Shown: positions 1 through 13,378 of the stretch, one piece after another
How positions within the stretch are numbered: the stretch's first letter is position 1
Layout: the number at the start of each line of letters is the position of its first letter
Source of the DNA: Mobula hypostoma
Lineage: Eukaryota
Length of the DNA: 64,000 nucleotides
Reading direction: 5' to 3'
Assembly: GCF_963921235.1 (NCBI RefSeq)
Contig: NC_086103.1
Span: 72,850,001-72,914,000 of the forward strand
Notes under the pieces: model-generated
The model's database searches: none
Told to the model about the DNA's origin: nothing
The model's input: the letters and a program-made list of their open reading frames with translations, nothing else
Made by a program: the position numbers and the translations under genes

Positions 1-1893
1 CGAGTACAAGCCTAGTTCATCCAGTCTTTCTTCATATGAAAGTCCTGCCATCCCAGGAATCAATCTGGTGAACCTTCTTTGTACTCCCTGTATGGCAAGG
101 AAGTCTTTCCTCAGATTAGGGGACCAAAACTGCACACAATACTCCAGGTGTGATCTTACAAGGCCTTGTACAACTGCAGCAGTACCTCCCTGCTCCTGTA
201 CTCAAATCCTCTCGCTATAAATGCCAGCATACCATTCGCCTTTTTCACCGCCTGCTGTACCTGCATGCCCACTTTCAATGACTGGTGTATAATGACACCC
301 AGGTCTCGTTGCACCTCCCCTTTTCCTAATCGGCCACCATTCAGATAATAATCTGTTTTCCTATTTTTGCCACCAAAGTGGATAACTTCACATTTATCCA
401 CATTAAATTGCATCTGCCATGAATTTGCCCACTCACCCAACCTATCCAAGTCACCCTGCATCCTCTTAGCATCCTCCTCACAGCTAACACTACCGCCCAG
501 CTTCATGTCATCCGCAAACTTGGAGATGCTGCATTTAATTCCCTCATCCAAGTCATTAATATATATTGTAAACAACTGGGGTCCCAGCACTGAGCCTTGC
601 GGTACCCCACTAGTCACTGCCTGCCATTCTGAAAAGGTCCCGTTTATTCCCACTCTTTGCTTCCTGTCTGCTAAGCAATTCTCTATCCACATCAATACCT
701 TACCCCCAATACCGTGTGCTATAAGTTTGCACTCCAATCTCCTGTGTGGGACTTTGTTAAAAGCCTTTTGAAAATCCAAATATACCACATCCACTGGTTC
801 TCCCCTATCCACCCTACTAGTTACTTCCTCAAAAAATTCTATGAGATTCGTCAGACATGATTTTCCTTTCACAAATCCATGCTGACTTTGTCCGATGATT
901 TCACCGCTTTCCAAATGTGCTGTTATCACATCTTTGATAACTGACTCTAGCAGTTTCCCCACCTCCGACGTTAGGCTAACCGGTCTATAATTCCCTGGTT
1001 TCTCTCTCCCTCCTTTTTTAAAAAGTGGGGTTACATTAGCCACCCTCCAATCCTCAGGAACTAGTCCAGAATCTAAAGAGTTTTGAAAAATTATCACTAA
1101 TGCATCCACTATTTCTTGGGCTACTTCCTTAAGCACTCTGGGATGCAGACCATCTGGCCCTGGGGATTTATCTGCCTTTAATCCCTTCAATTTACCTAAC
1201 ACCACTTCCCTACTAACATGTATTTCGCTCAGTTCCTCCATCTCACTGGACCCTCTGTCCCCTACTATTTCTGGAAGATTATTTATGTCCTCCTTAGTGA
1301 AGACAGAACCAAAGTAATTATTCAATTGATCTGCCATGTCCTTGCTCCCCATAATCAATTCACCTGTTTCTGTCTGTAGGGGACCTACATTTGTCTTTAC
1401 CAGTCTTTTCCTTTTTACATTATCTATAAAAGCTTTTACAGTCAGTTTTTATGTTCCCTGCCAGTTTTCTCTCATAATCTTTTTTCCCCTTCCTAATTAA
1501 GCCCTTTGTCCTCCTCTGCTGAACTCTGAATTTCTCCCAGTCCTCAGGTGAGCTACTTTTTCTGGCTAATTTGTATGCTTCTTCTTTGGAATTGATACTA
1601 TCCCTAATTTCTCTTGTCAGCCACGGGTGCACTACCTTCCTTGATTTATTCTTTTACCAAACTGGGATGAACAATTGTTGTAGTTCATCCATGCAATCCT
1701 TAAATGCTTGCCATTGCATATCCACCGTCAATCCTTTAAGTGTCATTTGCCAGTCTATCTTAGCTAATTCACGTCTCATACCTTCAAAGTTACCCCTCTT
1801 TAAGTTCAGAACCTTTGTTTCTGAATTAACTATGTCACTCTCCATCTTAATGAAGAATTCCACCATATTATGGTCACTCTTACCCAAGGGGCC
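1..1893 (-). mobile_element. CR1 LINE, ORF2 RT region (5'-truncated, runs off window at 3' side)
   Basis: ORF 156..1358 has CR1 RT motifs (KSPGPDG, NYRPVSLTS, QHGF..GKSCLTN, GVPQGSVLGP, FADD); ORFs 1420-1887 continue the linker; nearly identical to the copy at 45991-47707. Confidence 0.95.
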
Positions 1894-2086
1894 TTGGTTG
1901 GTGCGTGGAATGCACTGCCTGAGTCAGCGGTGGAGGCAGATACACTACTGAAGTTTAAGAGACTACTAGACAGGTATATGGAGGAATCTAAGGTGGGGGC
2001 TTATATGGGAGGCAGGGTTTGAGGGTCGGCACAACATTGTGGGTCGAAGGGCCTGTATTGTGCTGTACTGTTCTATGTTCTATGCT
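1894..2086 (+). mobile_element. CR1 3' end fragment (different subfamily) with (TTCTATG)n tail
   Basis: Reverse complement of the 3' end of the CR1 at 35511-36055; ends in ttctatgttctatg. Confidence 0.8.
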
Positions 2087-2089
2087 CTA

Positions 2090-3930
2090 ACAATAACTCC
2101 CTTTGTCCAGTCTTGGGTGCTTGTTCCCATTCCCTGATTATAGTAAACAATGTTTGCAGGACGGCTGCTGCAACTTCTGGTTCAGCTTTGAACAGCTCAG
2201 CATTCAAATTATCATAAGCTGGAACTTTGCTGTTCTTTAATGATTTAATCACAGCAACAATTTCTTCTTTCTTGGGTGGATCTGTGTTGATGATGAGGTC
2301 CTCTGCTACCTCTTATATGTCAGGTTCTTCATTTGATTTTGATCTATTCAGTAATTCTCTGAAATACTCTGTCCATCATATTTCTGTCTCTTTCTCAGTT
2401 GTCAAAAGCAGATCGTTCTTATCTCTCACGGGACCACTGGACCTGGCCTGGAACTTTCCACAGACCAGTCTTGTATATATTTCCCTGATCAGCTGAATTG
2501 GCTGCTGTTTTGGCCTTCTCTGCTAGGTTTTCAGTGTGGACTCTCTTATCCTTTCTTACAGGTCTCTTCACTTCCTTGTTAGCATCAGTGAATGCCTGTT
2601 GAAGTTCCACCTTAATGCCTGTTGACTTTACATCTGATAATTTCTTCTTAGTTTTCCACTTTTCTAAGGCTGTCCATGTTTCCTGCTGTATCCATTCTGT
2701 GTTCTTCTTTGCTGCTCTGTATCCCAGACAAGCCTCATTGTTCTCCTTGAAGAGCAAAACAATCCGTTTCCACATTGTGTCAATCTTATCTACTGACACA
2801 TCCTCGTCAAAGTCTTGCAAGGCCTGGAACCTGTTCTTAAACTGAATGGTGAAGATAGATCTCACACTTGGGTACTTGAGCTTTTCAACATCAAAACATC
2901 TTTGTTACATGTGTTTTAGTCCCAGTGCTTCTCAGTTTGAGTGCTACAACAAGGCGGTGATCACTTCCTGTATCTATTTCTCCCTTCAGATTTACATCCT
3001 GCAAGGATCGTCTCCAAGTACCACTGATCATTAAATGGTCAATCTGATTCTTGTCATGTCCATTGGATGAGCACTAAGTCAGTTTGTAGATTTCACAGTG
3101 TAGAAAGAGAGTCCCTCCTATGACCAGATTGTTCATGGCACAGAATTCCACCAGTCTTTCACCATTATTATTCATCGTTCCACATCCATGCGTGCCCATG
3201 GCCTGAGAGATGTGTGAGTTGTTATTTCCCACTTTAGCATTTAGATCTCCCATGACGATGATTATGTCAGGATGTGGCGTTAACTCTACCTCCGATTGCA
3301 GCTGTTCGTAGAAGACATCCTTTTCTTCAATGTCACTATTGTTAGTTGGAGCATAGCACTGGATCACATTCATGTTCACTTGCTTCTCTTTTATGCTAAC
3401 TCTCATCAGCCTACTGTTGATTGGTTTCCACTCCAGCATTTCTCAATGTCTTTCTTCAAAATGACAGGTACACCATCATGATGCTGCCCATTTTCCCTTC
3501 CTGAGTCTAAAACTGTTTCACCAGTTGCTGACTTTAGTCTGCCAGATGCTGTCCATTTCACTGACACCCAGTATATGCAGGTTGTAACGACACATTTCTG
3601 CAGTTATTTGTGCTAGCTTTCCAGTGTTGTACAAAAAAAATTGGTCTTGGTCTTGGCTGTGCTCAGGGTTTCCTTCATCATGTCAGTAGCTTCATCTTTG
3701 TTTTCACTACTGTCAGTCATGCAAATCCCAGGTGGAGACTCAGGAATATCGTCGCACACAGATATAGAAGGATTCTTCTTTGCTGTTTCCATAACAATTT
3801 TTTGACCAGTCAGGGTTGTTAGTCCTGGGTTGAACTCAGGAACCTGGAAGACGGGTGGACCACTCTTAGTCTGACCTCTACCTTTTTAACTGTTTGGCAT
3901 GGGTGACCCTACTCAGAGCCAAAGCATGGC
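2090..3930 (-). mobile_element. RTE-clade LINE fragment (5' region, AP endonuclease, linker), degraded
   Basis: ORF 3074..3439 (WKPINSRL..IQCYAPTN..KDVFYEQLQ..MGDLNAKVG..GCGTMNNNGERL) is an RTE-type endonuclease; ORF 2419..2865 is the following linker. Confidence 0.85.
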
Positions 3931-4560
3931 CACATTTCACGCTTTGCTGAACATCTACGCTCAGTCCGCCAGAGAAAGCAGGATCTCCCAGTGGCCACGC
4001 ATTTTAATTCCACATCCCATTCCCATTCTGATATATCTATCCACGGCCTCCTCTACTGTAAAGATGAAGCCACACTCAGGTTGGAGGAACAACACCTTAT
4101 ATTCCGTCTGGGTAGCCTCCAACCTGATAGCATGAACATTGACTTCTCTAACTTCCGCTAATGCCCCACCTCCCCCTCATACCCCATCCGTTATTTATTT
4201 TTACACACACATTCTTTCTCTCACTCTCCTTTTTCTCCCTCTGTCCCTCTGAATATACCCCTTGCCCATCCTCCAGGTTCCCCCCCCCCCCGCCTTGTCT
4301 TTCTTCCTGGGCCTCCTGTCCCATGATCCTCTCATATCCCCTTTTGCCTATCACCTGTCCAGCTCTTGGCTCCATCCCTCCCCCTCCTGTCTTCTCCTAT
4401 CATTTTGGATCTCCCCCTCCCCCTCCCACTTTCATATCTCTTACTAACTCTTCCTTCAGTTAGTCCTGACGAAGGGTCTCGGCCTGAAACGTCGACTGTA
4501 CCTCTTCCTAGAGATGCTGCCTGGCCTGCTGCGTTCACCAGCAACTTTGATGTGTGTTGC
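3931..4560 (+). mobile_element. Penelope-like element 3' fragment / pseudo-LTR
   Basis: Matches the GIY-YIG C-terminus (..DISIHGLLYCKDEATLRLEEQHL..) and pyrimidine-rich tail of the PLEs at 53977-55713 and 60537-61596. Confidence 0.9.
4461..4498 (+). ncRNA. Minimal type I hammerhead ribozyme motif of a Penelope-like element
   Basis: TAGTC-CTGACGA-AGG(GTCTCGG)CCT-GAAAC-GTC/GACTG: helix I TAGTC:GACTG, CUGANGA core, helix II, GAAA, GUC cleavage triplet (cut after 4493). Confidence 0.75.
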
Positions 4561-5608
4561 GAGGCATTAGGGTGGCGATTTACAGAATGATCACTGCGAT
4601 TCCAAGAAAATGAACCAAAGGGAGATGTGGAGGAATTTCAGTGAGGGTTAGCACATTTTATTCAGTGTCCTCTCATCTTCAACCATAAAAATGGCCCTAA
4701 AGCAACAACAGAGTGATGTTCGGGGAGGTTGTGAGGGTAAAGGGAGAGAGAGTAGATAAACTCTCACACAGTGACAGCAGCACTGTAACAGCGGCAGTGT
4801 TAGAGTGACAACGAGACAACATCATTTTCCCTGAATATGAATAAGAATCAGGTTTATTATCACTGGCATTTGTCATGAAATGTGTTGTTTTGTGGCCCCA
4901 TTACAGTCCAAGACATCAAGTTAATGTCAGGTAGAAAAATGAAATGTGCAAATTAAGAATAACGAGGTAGTGTTCATGGTTTCATGGACCATTCGAAATC
5001 TGATGGCGAAGAAACTTTTCCTTGATGCCCAGTGAGTGTCGTCAATCACCTGTCCCTTCTACCTATTGGAAATCCCCTTGATGGTGGGAGTCCTAACCAA
5101 AGTCCGAGGTAAATATATTATTAATGTACATATATGTGTAGCCAGTTGGAACAAAGAATTGTCCCTATTGTTTCCGGTAGGATGGAAACTAGTGTGGGGT
5201 TAAAAGCGCGCCCCAATACGTGCTTGGGCCATTATCGAGTCCATAAGGGGTCATGAGTGGGTGCATTGCTAATCGTTTTTGTAACACCTGTGCAGCGCTG
5301 GCCTTATCTCCTGTGACTGGCCGCCGCACTCTTTATGAGAAAAATCAAATTACATAGTACTGCACTAGGTGCTAGTAAGCCATTAGAAGCACTAGATATC
5401 AGAAGGAGGCAGTGAATAGAAAACACACACTTCCGGAGACAAGCTTTGTTTAGAAGAAAAACACAAGATGTACAAAATATTTACAGGAGTAAGAACAAAT
5501 CAAAATTCCAACATTCTGTTAGTTTCCAAATCTCAGATATCAACAAAAACCAAATTCCTGTTAGTTAGAATGGATGATATTCGTTAAAATGACCTTTATT
5601 ATTCCAAT

Positions 5609-6233
5609 TTAGATTAGATTATGAGGATACTCAGTCCTCGTTTATTGTCATTTAGAAATGCATGCATTAAAAAACGATACAATGTTCCTCCAGAGTGATA
5701 TCACAGAAACACAGGACAAACCAAGACTAAAACTGACAAAACCACATAATTATCACATATAGTTACAACGGTGCAAAGCAATAACAGAATTTGATAAAGA
5801 GTCCCGATAGCCCCATCATCTCACGCAGACGGTAGAAGGGAGAAACTCTCCCTGCCATGAACCTCCAAGCGCCACAAACTTGCCAATGCAGCACCATTGG
5901 AAGCACCCGATTGCAGCGGACTTTGAGTCAGTCCAAAAATTCTGACCAGCCCTCCGACACCGAGCACCATCCTCTGCTGAGCGCTTCGACCCCGCCCCAG
6001 CCGCCGAGCAACAAGCGAAGCTGAGGACTCAGGGCCTTCCCCTCCGGAGATTCTGGATCACACAGTAACAGCAGCATTGAAGCAGGCGTTTCAGAAGTTT
6101 CTCCAGATGTTCCTCCGTGCTCTCACGTCTGTCTCCATCAAATCAGGATTGTGCACGGCACGCTACTGGACAGATAACAGATATCACCACCGGAGTGGCC
6201 ACTGCGAGCTGCATCGTGCTGCCATCGTTTCCT
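5609..6233 (-). mobile_element. Non-autonomous LINE-tailed repeat ((TCTAA)n tail) inserted in left LTR
   Basis: Absent from the other LTR; homologous to 13379-14022 and 25920-26587. Confidence 0.75.
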
Positions 6234-9200
6234 CCTCTCTAACTAATTAGATCTAGTGTTATTTCCTATTTAAAGGTTTACAGACTAACGCTTTATTTAT
6301 CCCTAGTTAGAAAACTAATTGAATTCTTATTTATGGTTAATTTCAGTTTAGCTCAGTATGTCTACAATTCAAATTCAAAAATTATATATCTATACAGCAT
6401 AAACTCCTTTCATGATAATTCTCCAACATACAACTTTTAAACAAAGTAAATCTCATTCAGTAATTAGCCGTCTTTGCAAAAATAATCAGTTTTTGTAGAA
6501 AATCAAATTCCGAACTTTTGAATGAAAATAAACATACTGTACATCAAACCATTTAAAATCTTCTAAATCATGAAACATTTCATTCCCGTGCTGGTTCTTT
6601 GAACTTGGGTGGCTTGTCAACTTGTTTCTTGTTTGGTTGGATGAAATATAGTTGATCATCCACGGAAAGTCGGTTCACAAACTTTTTTAAAAAATTGACC
6701 AAATCCCTTGTTGTGAGTTAACAGAACTAATTCCCGGTTACACGGTAGAGATCTTGAACACTGGTCTCTGCCAATATTGCTTCGCTACAGTTGCTGCTGC
6801 TTGTTATAACCATAGTTTCAACAGATCTTTTATCGCCATCGTCTCTCCTCCAGGAGTTTCACCCTGAGGTTTTCAAGTAAATAGGGTAAAGACACTCACT
6901 ACTAATTCCACTTAAAACCAATTTTATATTTTTATTCTCTAATACTTTTTGCTGTCATTCTCTCACTTTCCCACACTGTATCAGCCACGCCTTGTTCTTG
7001 CATGGCCTTTTTTCCCTCCCCAAGTTCTCTAAAAAAACGGTATATTTCATTTTCATCCCTCCACAGGTGGAGCTTTCTAAGATTACATCTTCGGGTTAAA
7101 TTTACCTGGGTTACATCCTCCCCTTTTGAATTTATGCAAGTCCCTTTGGATACAGTTGTAGGTTACAAAGGGTTTGGGTTGTTCAACATATGCGAAATCT
7201 GGAAGAGACTCCACAATGGCTGAACTCAGAGCTTGGAAAAGGGACTGAACTATTGTCAGTAAAGGAATTCCAAGCTTAGGATATGCTAGAGCTCTAGGTT
7301 TTTCCTCCATGTCTAGAAGACCTTCTGAGTTCAGGCTCTTCCTTGTGAGAATTTTCAGTTGTCGTATCCTTTCTAGTCAACACTTCATCACGTGACTCTT
7401 TCTTGTCGAATCTCAGACTCATTTGGGATTGATGAAAGTTCCAGACTTCTTTCATCGGGTAGGATACACACTTCCTCATTTATTGTTTCTTCCACTGGGG
7501 TTTCTTCAGCACGGACAGGTAAGTGGATTCCCCTACAGCAGGTGAGTAACGTGCATTTCTTCGGGATTCCAGCGCTGGATCTGCAACCGGAGTGGCTGAA
7601 AGTGGCTGGTTTGGTCTTTTGTTGGAGCCTACAATACTTCTGTGTAACTTTCTCAAAGTTTCTCGACTCTTAGAAGGTTCATCTACAATGTCAAGATTTG
7701 GTCTGAGGAAGTAAACCTCACCCTCTTCAGAGACTATTGGATTTTCTTCCTCTCCGACCAACTGTTCATTCTTTGTACTGCGAGCTGTGTACTTGCGAAC
7801 AGGGAAGGAGAAAGTCGTTCATTGTTTTCAGAGGAGGAAATCAACAAGGGAGCAATAGGTCCCTATGTAATATTCATATAAGCCCAGACTGGTTCTCAGG
7901 ACGTACCTTGTAGACAGGCAGATCACCCACTTGGCTCACCATTACATAGACTATTTCTTCCCATTTATTGGCAAGTTTCTTTTTACCTCGTGAGCGTACA
8001 TTCCTTGTTAGCACTCAGTCTCCTTTTCTCAACTCTCAAGCTGTCACATGTTTGTCATATCTGGTCTTGTTTTGGTCTGCCATTTTCTGTGATTTCTCCA
8101 TAGCTATCTTGAAGCTTTCCTCAAGATGAGGTTTAAAATTTTGTACATTCTCAGAGTGTGATATACCATGTTTGTCTTTTAAGGGCAGTCTGAATGCTAA
8201 GTCAACTGGAAGTCTGGGTTGTCATCCGAACAACAATTGGTATGGACTAAAGTCAGTCATTTCGTTCCTAGTACAATTACAAACATGCACTAGGGGTTTC
8301 ACAGATTCTTGCCAGCGACTTTTATATTTTGACTCTCAGGTTCCCAACATATTCAAGAGGGTCCTGTTAAACCTCTCCACGGGGTTTCCTTTAGGATGAT
8401 ATTGTGTAGTTCTGACTTTTTGAACTCCGACTATCTCACACAATTCTTTAATTAAGTGTGATTCAAAGTCAGGCTCTTAGGATAACCATGATGCGAGATG
8501 AAATGCTCCTATTAGCACTTCGCAAACACCTTGGCTTTTTGGTTAGGTGTCAGAACATCCAAAGCATATTTAGTAAATTGTTCAGTTATTACTAACACAT
8601 CTTGTGTTACTTTGATTGGGTTCTAATGTAAGAAAGTCCATGCAGACCAGCTGCAAGAGTCAAGTACTCACAATATTCACTAATGGAGCAGCTCACTCAG
8701 GTAGGGTCTTTCTTCTTACGCGTCGACTGCATGTTTTAATCTTGTGTTCCACATCAGCAGCCATCTTGGGCAAATAGAATGGACTTCCGAATAAATCTAG
8801 GGTACGATCAATACTCATGTGACCAAAGTCATTGTGAAGACTCAAATACATCAGATTGAAACTTTTCAGGTAAAAGAAGCTGGTATGTTGTTTCATCTCT
8901 AGTTAATCTCTTCCTGTAGAGAATCCGTCTTTTAGCTCTGGACAATCCCATTCTGAGAAGGTAGGGTAGTCTGGGGAATGCGTTTCTCACTGAAGGGGAT
9001 GGTTTTTCACCAGTTTCCATCTGCTTGATGACTTCTCTAATACAAGGATCTGCGAACTGGGAGTTTGTAATAGAGCATCAGAGAGATGAGAAATGACTGG
9101 TAATCCCCCACACTGATCTTCTGCCTAACTGTCAGGAATAGCACTTGAGTGCATCGTTAAGCATTGAACATATGCAATGGCAACATCTGCGCCAGGTTCT

Positions 9201-11803
9201 GTCTGTTGGATAAGACCACTCTCTCATATAGCTTGCTCAACATCAGCGCTAACCTCAACCACATCACCTGAGTTCACCAGATGACTTTCAGTAAACTTCA
9301 AGATGCATTCCACTCTTTCTGGCACTTTGTTTCACCGAGCAACATCTTGGAGCTTTTGGGACTTGCTTTGTCAACATCACTCTCCATCTGTCCCCCAACA
9401 GGAACCACTTCTTGTTTAAAATGAAGCTTAGGAGTACTATGACGAGACTCCCACTCACTCCATCTCTTTTCAAGATGTCTTCTCTTTTCCGCTACTAATG
9501 CTGGATTGGGTTTAAAGCAGCAAGCGCTGTCTATGTGTCCATCTTCACCACATTTAAAACAGTACCAAGATTTCAGTTTGAGACCTGGCTGTTTGTTAGT
9601 GTCTGTGGACTCTTGTTTATCCATTGTGTCAGCCTTTCCTTTTGGTGACGAATCACTTGCTGTCTCAGAGCTCACTTTCACCTTCTGCCATTTCGTAGCT
9701 TGTAGAGGAGCTAGTTGCCTTTTAAACTAAGCAATTTGTTTAGTCAGTTGAGAAGTAATTAAAATTATCCGTGCTGCATCATCTTTACAGGCACCTGCGG
9801 TCTGAGACTGTATAACGGCACGTTGTGTGACTGCTCATACAGGCTGCCTCATGTGTGCGGTTCTGGAAGCATGCTTGTCTTCCTCGGCACATAGAAATGT
9901 CAATAGTTCAGTAAATGATAGTGTGTTTTGTTATTATTCTGTTCCAGGTGCAGCTCTACCATTGGGGTGTTGTCCCAACATCCCCTACAAAATTGCTTTA
10001 AAAGACGCTTGTTAGTGCCATTTTCAGCTACACTACCTCGCTTTACAGTCAGTGGCAATGCTACCTGTATGTTGCAGGGACGTGGCGGTGGTACGAACCC
10101 AAGTGATGAACGCAGGCGCGGCGGCCAAGTCGGGAGGCGTTATGGTCATAGCGAGCATGGAATTGGTGTCCCGAGGGAGGCTTTAGCCAAAGTCTTGGTT
10201 TTAGTAGAAAATTCAAGAATGATGCTAGCCTTAGAACTGATAGTCCTAAGAACCATGGAAGGAGGCGACTCTTACAAGAGTCGACCAACAAACTGGCAAC
10301 TCCTTGTTGTGGTCACAGGGTCTTTATCCTGCAGTTTCTGATGGGTAGCAGGTGTGTGTACTTAGTGGAACCTGGGAATGATTGGAATTTAAATGAGGTG
10401 ATTGAGGCCCAATTCCCGAGGTAAATGGTATCGTGAGGGATTGCCAGAAGGGACCATGATACTATAGCCACTGTAGGTAGACAGACGGTTTTTCACCTCT
10501 GTCTGTATCATGTTCATGAACGTGGTGAATCATTCATCTCCATCTTCCAGAGTGGCAAAAGCTGAATCTAGGAGTTGTACGTAAGTCACGAGTGAAGCTC
10601 CAGGGCTTATTGACTTGATGATGTCTGAAGCTGGTGGAAGAATACTTTCACATATTTTCCGTGTTCTATGAAGATCAGACACACTTGGGTCTTGCAAGAG
10701 CAGTTCAACACTAGTACGCCAAGTCTCATAATCTGCCTCATTAGTTGGATGAGGGGTTCTACCAGAAAAAAAAAATCCAGAGCCTTACTGGTGGATTGCC
10801 ATGAGACAGCAAGTCATTACTATGCACAATGTGCTCCACTACGATTCTTTGAATATCTGGAGGGTTTAGATCACTGGAAGAGAGGGATGGGTTCACTGCA
10901 ACTCCATTAGTTTGTATTACAGGGATTGAGTTATTCTGCATAGCAGTTAGAGCTGTTTCTGGCTGGTTAGCATCAGAGGAGTCAGTTCTGAATTGAAGAG
11001 TTGTGGTCTTGTTACGTACATCTTCAGCAGTTTGAACAGTGACTATATCCCCACTCTCGATAGTAAGGGTTTCACTGATCTGAGTTAACATCTCTCTCAA
11101 GATTTCTCACTGTGCTTTGCTAAGGGTTTCAACTCACCAAGGTAAGCTTGAGTGGTGTCTTTTCCAACTTTTTGGTCACTGCTTGCCAGTTGAGTGTACA
11201 GCAAGGGCTGGAGATCTTGCACGGCAGAAATTGTTCTCTACTATGAGGGACTTAAGAAATTCTGCACCGGGGTCAGTTAGAGGAATAATTCTGGCAACTG
11301 AGCCATATTCTTTCAGGAAGTCTAGTATTTCCTCATCTTTTTCTGTTCCTGTTATGCCAATGACTAAAGCAGCATTTGGGATTTTGACGCCCTTTTCTCT
11401 ATAACTTCCATTTTTTTCACTGCAGATCTTAATTGAATAAGTGAGTTTGAACAATACGATTCTTTTAGTGCTTTGCATACTAATCACTGTGTTATGGTTA
11501 TCTAACACACTGCGTCCTGGGGGTCTCGCCAAGTTTTATGTAACACCTGTGTAGCGCTTGGCTTATCTTGTGTGACTGGTCACCGCATTCTTTATGAGAA
11601 AAATCAAATTACATAGTACTACACTAGGTGCTAGTAGACCATCAGAAGCTCTAGACATCGGAAGAAGACAGTGAGTAGAAAACAGACACTTCCGGAGATA
11701 AGCTTTGTTTATATAGAATCAGTGATATTCATTAGAATAACCTTTATTACTCCAATTTCTCTTAACTAAATAGATCTAGTGTTATTCCCTATTTAAAGGT
11801 TTA

Positions 11804-12553
11804 ATGGATTTCAATAGGTACGTTTAATGTTAGAGAAATTTATACAATATACGTCCTGAAATTCGAGAACATAGGAGTGCCCCAAAGAATGAATGATAGT
11901 TAAACTTCAGAACCCTAAAGCTCCCCACCCCCACAGCTGCCCCCTCCCACACACAAGCAGAAGCAAGGCGATGACTGCCCCCCTCCCACACCACCAAAAC
12001 AACATCTGCGCCCTCCACTGTGCACGCAAGCATGCAGCAAAGCATCAATAAAGACACAGACTTGTAGTACCTCAAAGACTACTCATTCATTCGGTAATTC
12101 GACATACCACAGGCTCTCTCTCTCCCTAATAAAGGAAAAAAGAACCATCTCCATTTCACGGTGAAAGGGGAGACATAACAAGCAGCTCGCTGATATATGA
12201 TGTTAAAAGTCTGTTGTGTCACTTTTTCTGAGCCCTGCGCCCAGAGAGATGGCCCCACAAAGGCTCAGGTCTCTGTATACACAGCCCATGGCAGCTAGCC
12301 CACTGCTCCCGATGTTCCGTGTTCTCCCACGACGTCTCAGTCAGGGGCATCGGCCTAGAATCAGCCCATCTCCAGAGCCACGAAAATCCGGCACCCTGAA
12401 GGTGCGCTCGTCTTCCAGGCGGCGTCCTTGAGATATCAGAAAGCAGGTGGTCATGAGATCCTGAGAGAGGATCCAATTCCCGCAAAGAACCGCAGTCAGT
12501 GTAACTCCAGGTCAGAGTCTTCAAAAGAACCTTAAAAAAGGAAAAAAGAGATA
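11804..12553 (-). mobile_element. Non-coding interspersed repeat inserted in right LTR
   Basis: Absent from the left LTR; flanked by GTTTA duplication (11799-11803 / 12554-12558). Confidence 0.7.
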
Positions 12554-13378
12554 GTTTACAGACTAACATTTCCTTTTTATTTATCCCTAGTTAGAAAACT
12601 AATTGAATTCCTTATTATGGTTAACTTCAGTTTCAGTTCAGCTCAGTATGTCTACAATTCAAATTAAAAAATTACATATCTATACAGCGTAACTCCTTTC
12701 ACGTCAACTCTCCAACATCACAACTTTTAAACAAAGTAAATCTCATTCAGTAACTTATCAAAGTCTTGCAAAAATAATCAGTTCTTGCAGAAAATCAAAT
12801 TCAGATCCTTTGAAAGAAAATAAACTTATACATCCAACCGTATTAAATCTTCTACGTCATGAAACATTTCATTCCCACGCTGGTTCTTCGAACTCGCTTG
12901 GCTCGCCATCTTGTTTCATTTCGTTGGATGAAATAGTTGATCATCCACGGAAAGTCAGTTCACAAAACTTATACGAAAAAAAACGACCAAATCCCTTGGT
13001 TTGACTTAATGGAACTAATTCCCAGTTACACAGTAGAGATCTTGGACACTGGTCTCTGCCAATATTGCCTCATTACAGCTGCTGCTTGTTATAGCCGTAG
13101 CTTCAATAGATCTTTTATCGCTATCATCTCTCCTCCAGGAATTTCACCCTGAGGTTTTCAACTAAGTAGGGTAAAGATACTTACCACTAATTCCACTTTT
13201 AACAGTTTTATATCTTTCATTTCTAACAGTTTGCTGCATTGATCTCGCTTTTCCATTCTGCATCAGTCATGCCTCATTCTCGCTTAGCTTTTTCTCCCTC
13301 AAGTTCTTTTCTATACAATTCCATAAACCTCATTTTCATCCCTCCACACGTGGAGCTTTCTAACATTACATCTTTGGG

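Noticed and set aside
166-771. Many 60-140 aa ORFs antisense to CR1/PLE/Gypsy coding regions throughout the window
   Set aside because: Shadow frames of retroelement ORFs, recurring wherever the same element recurs
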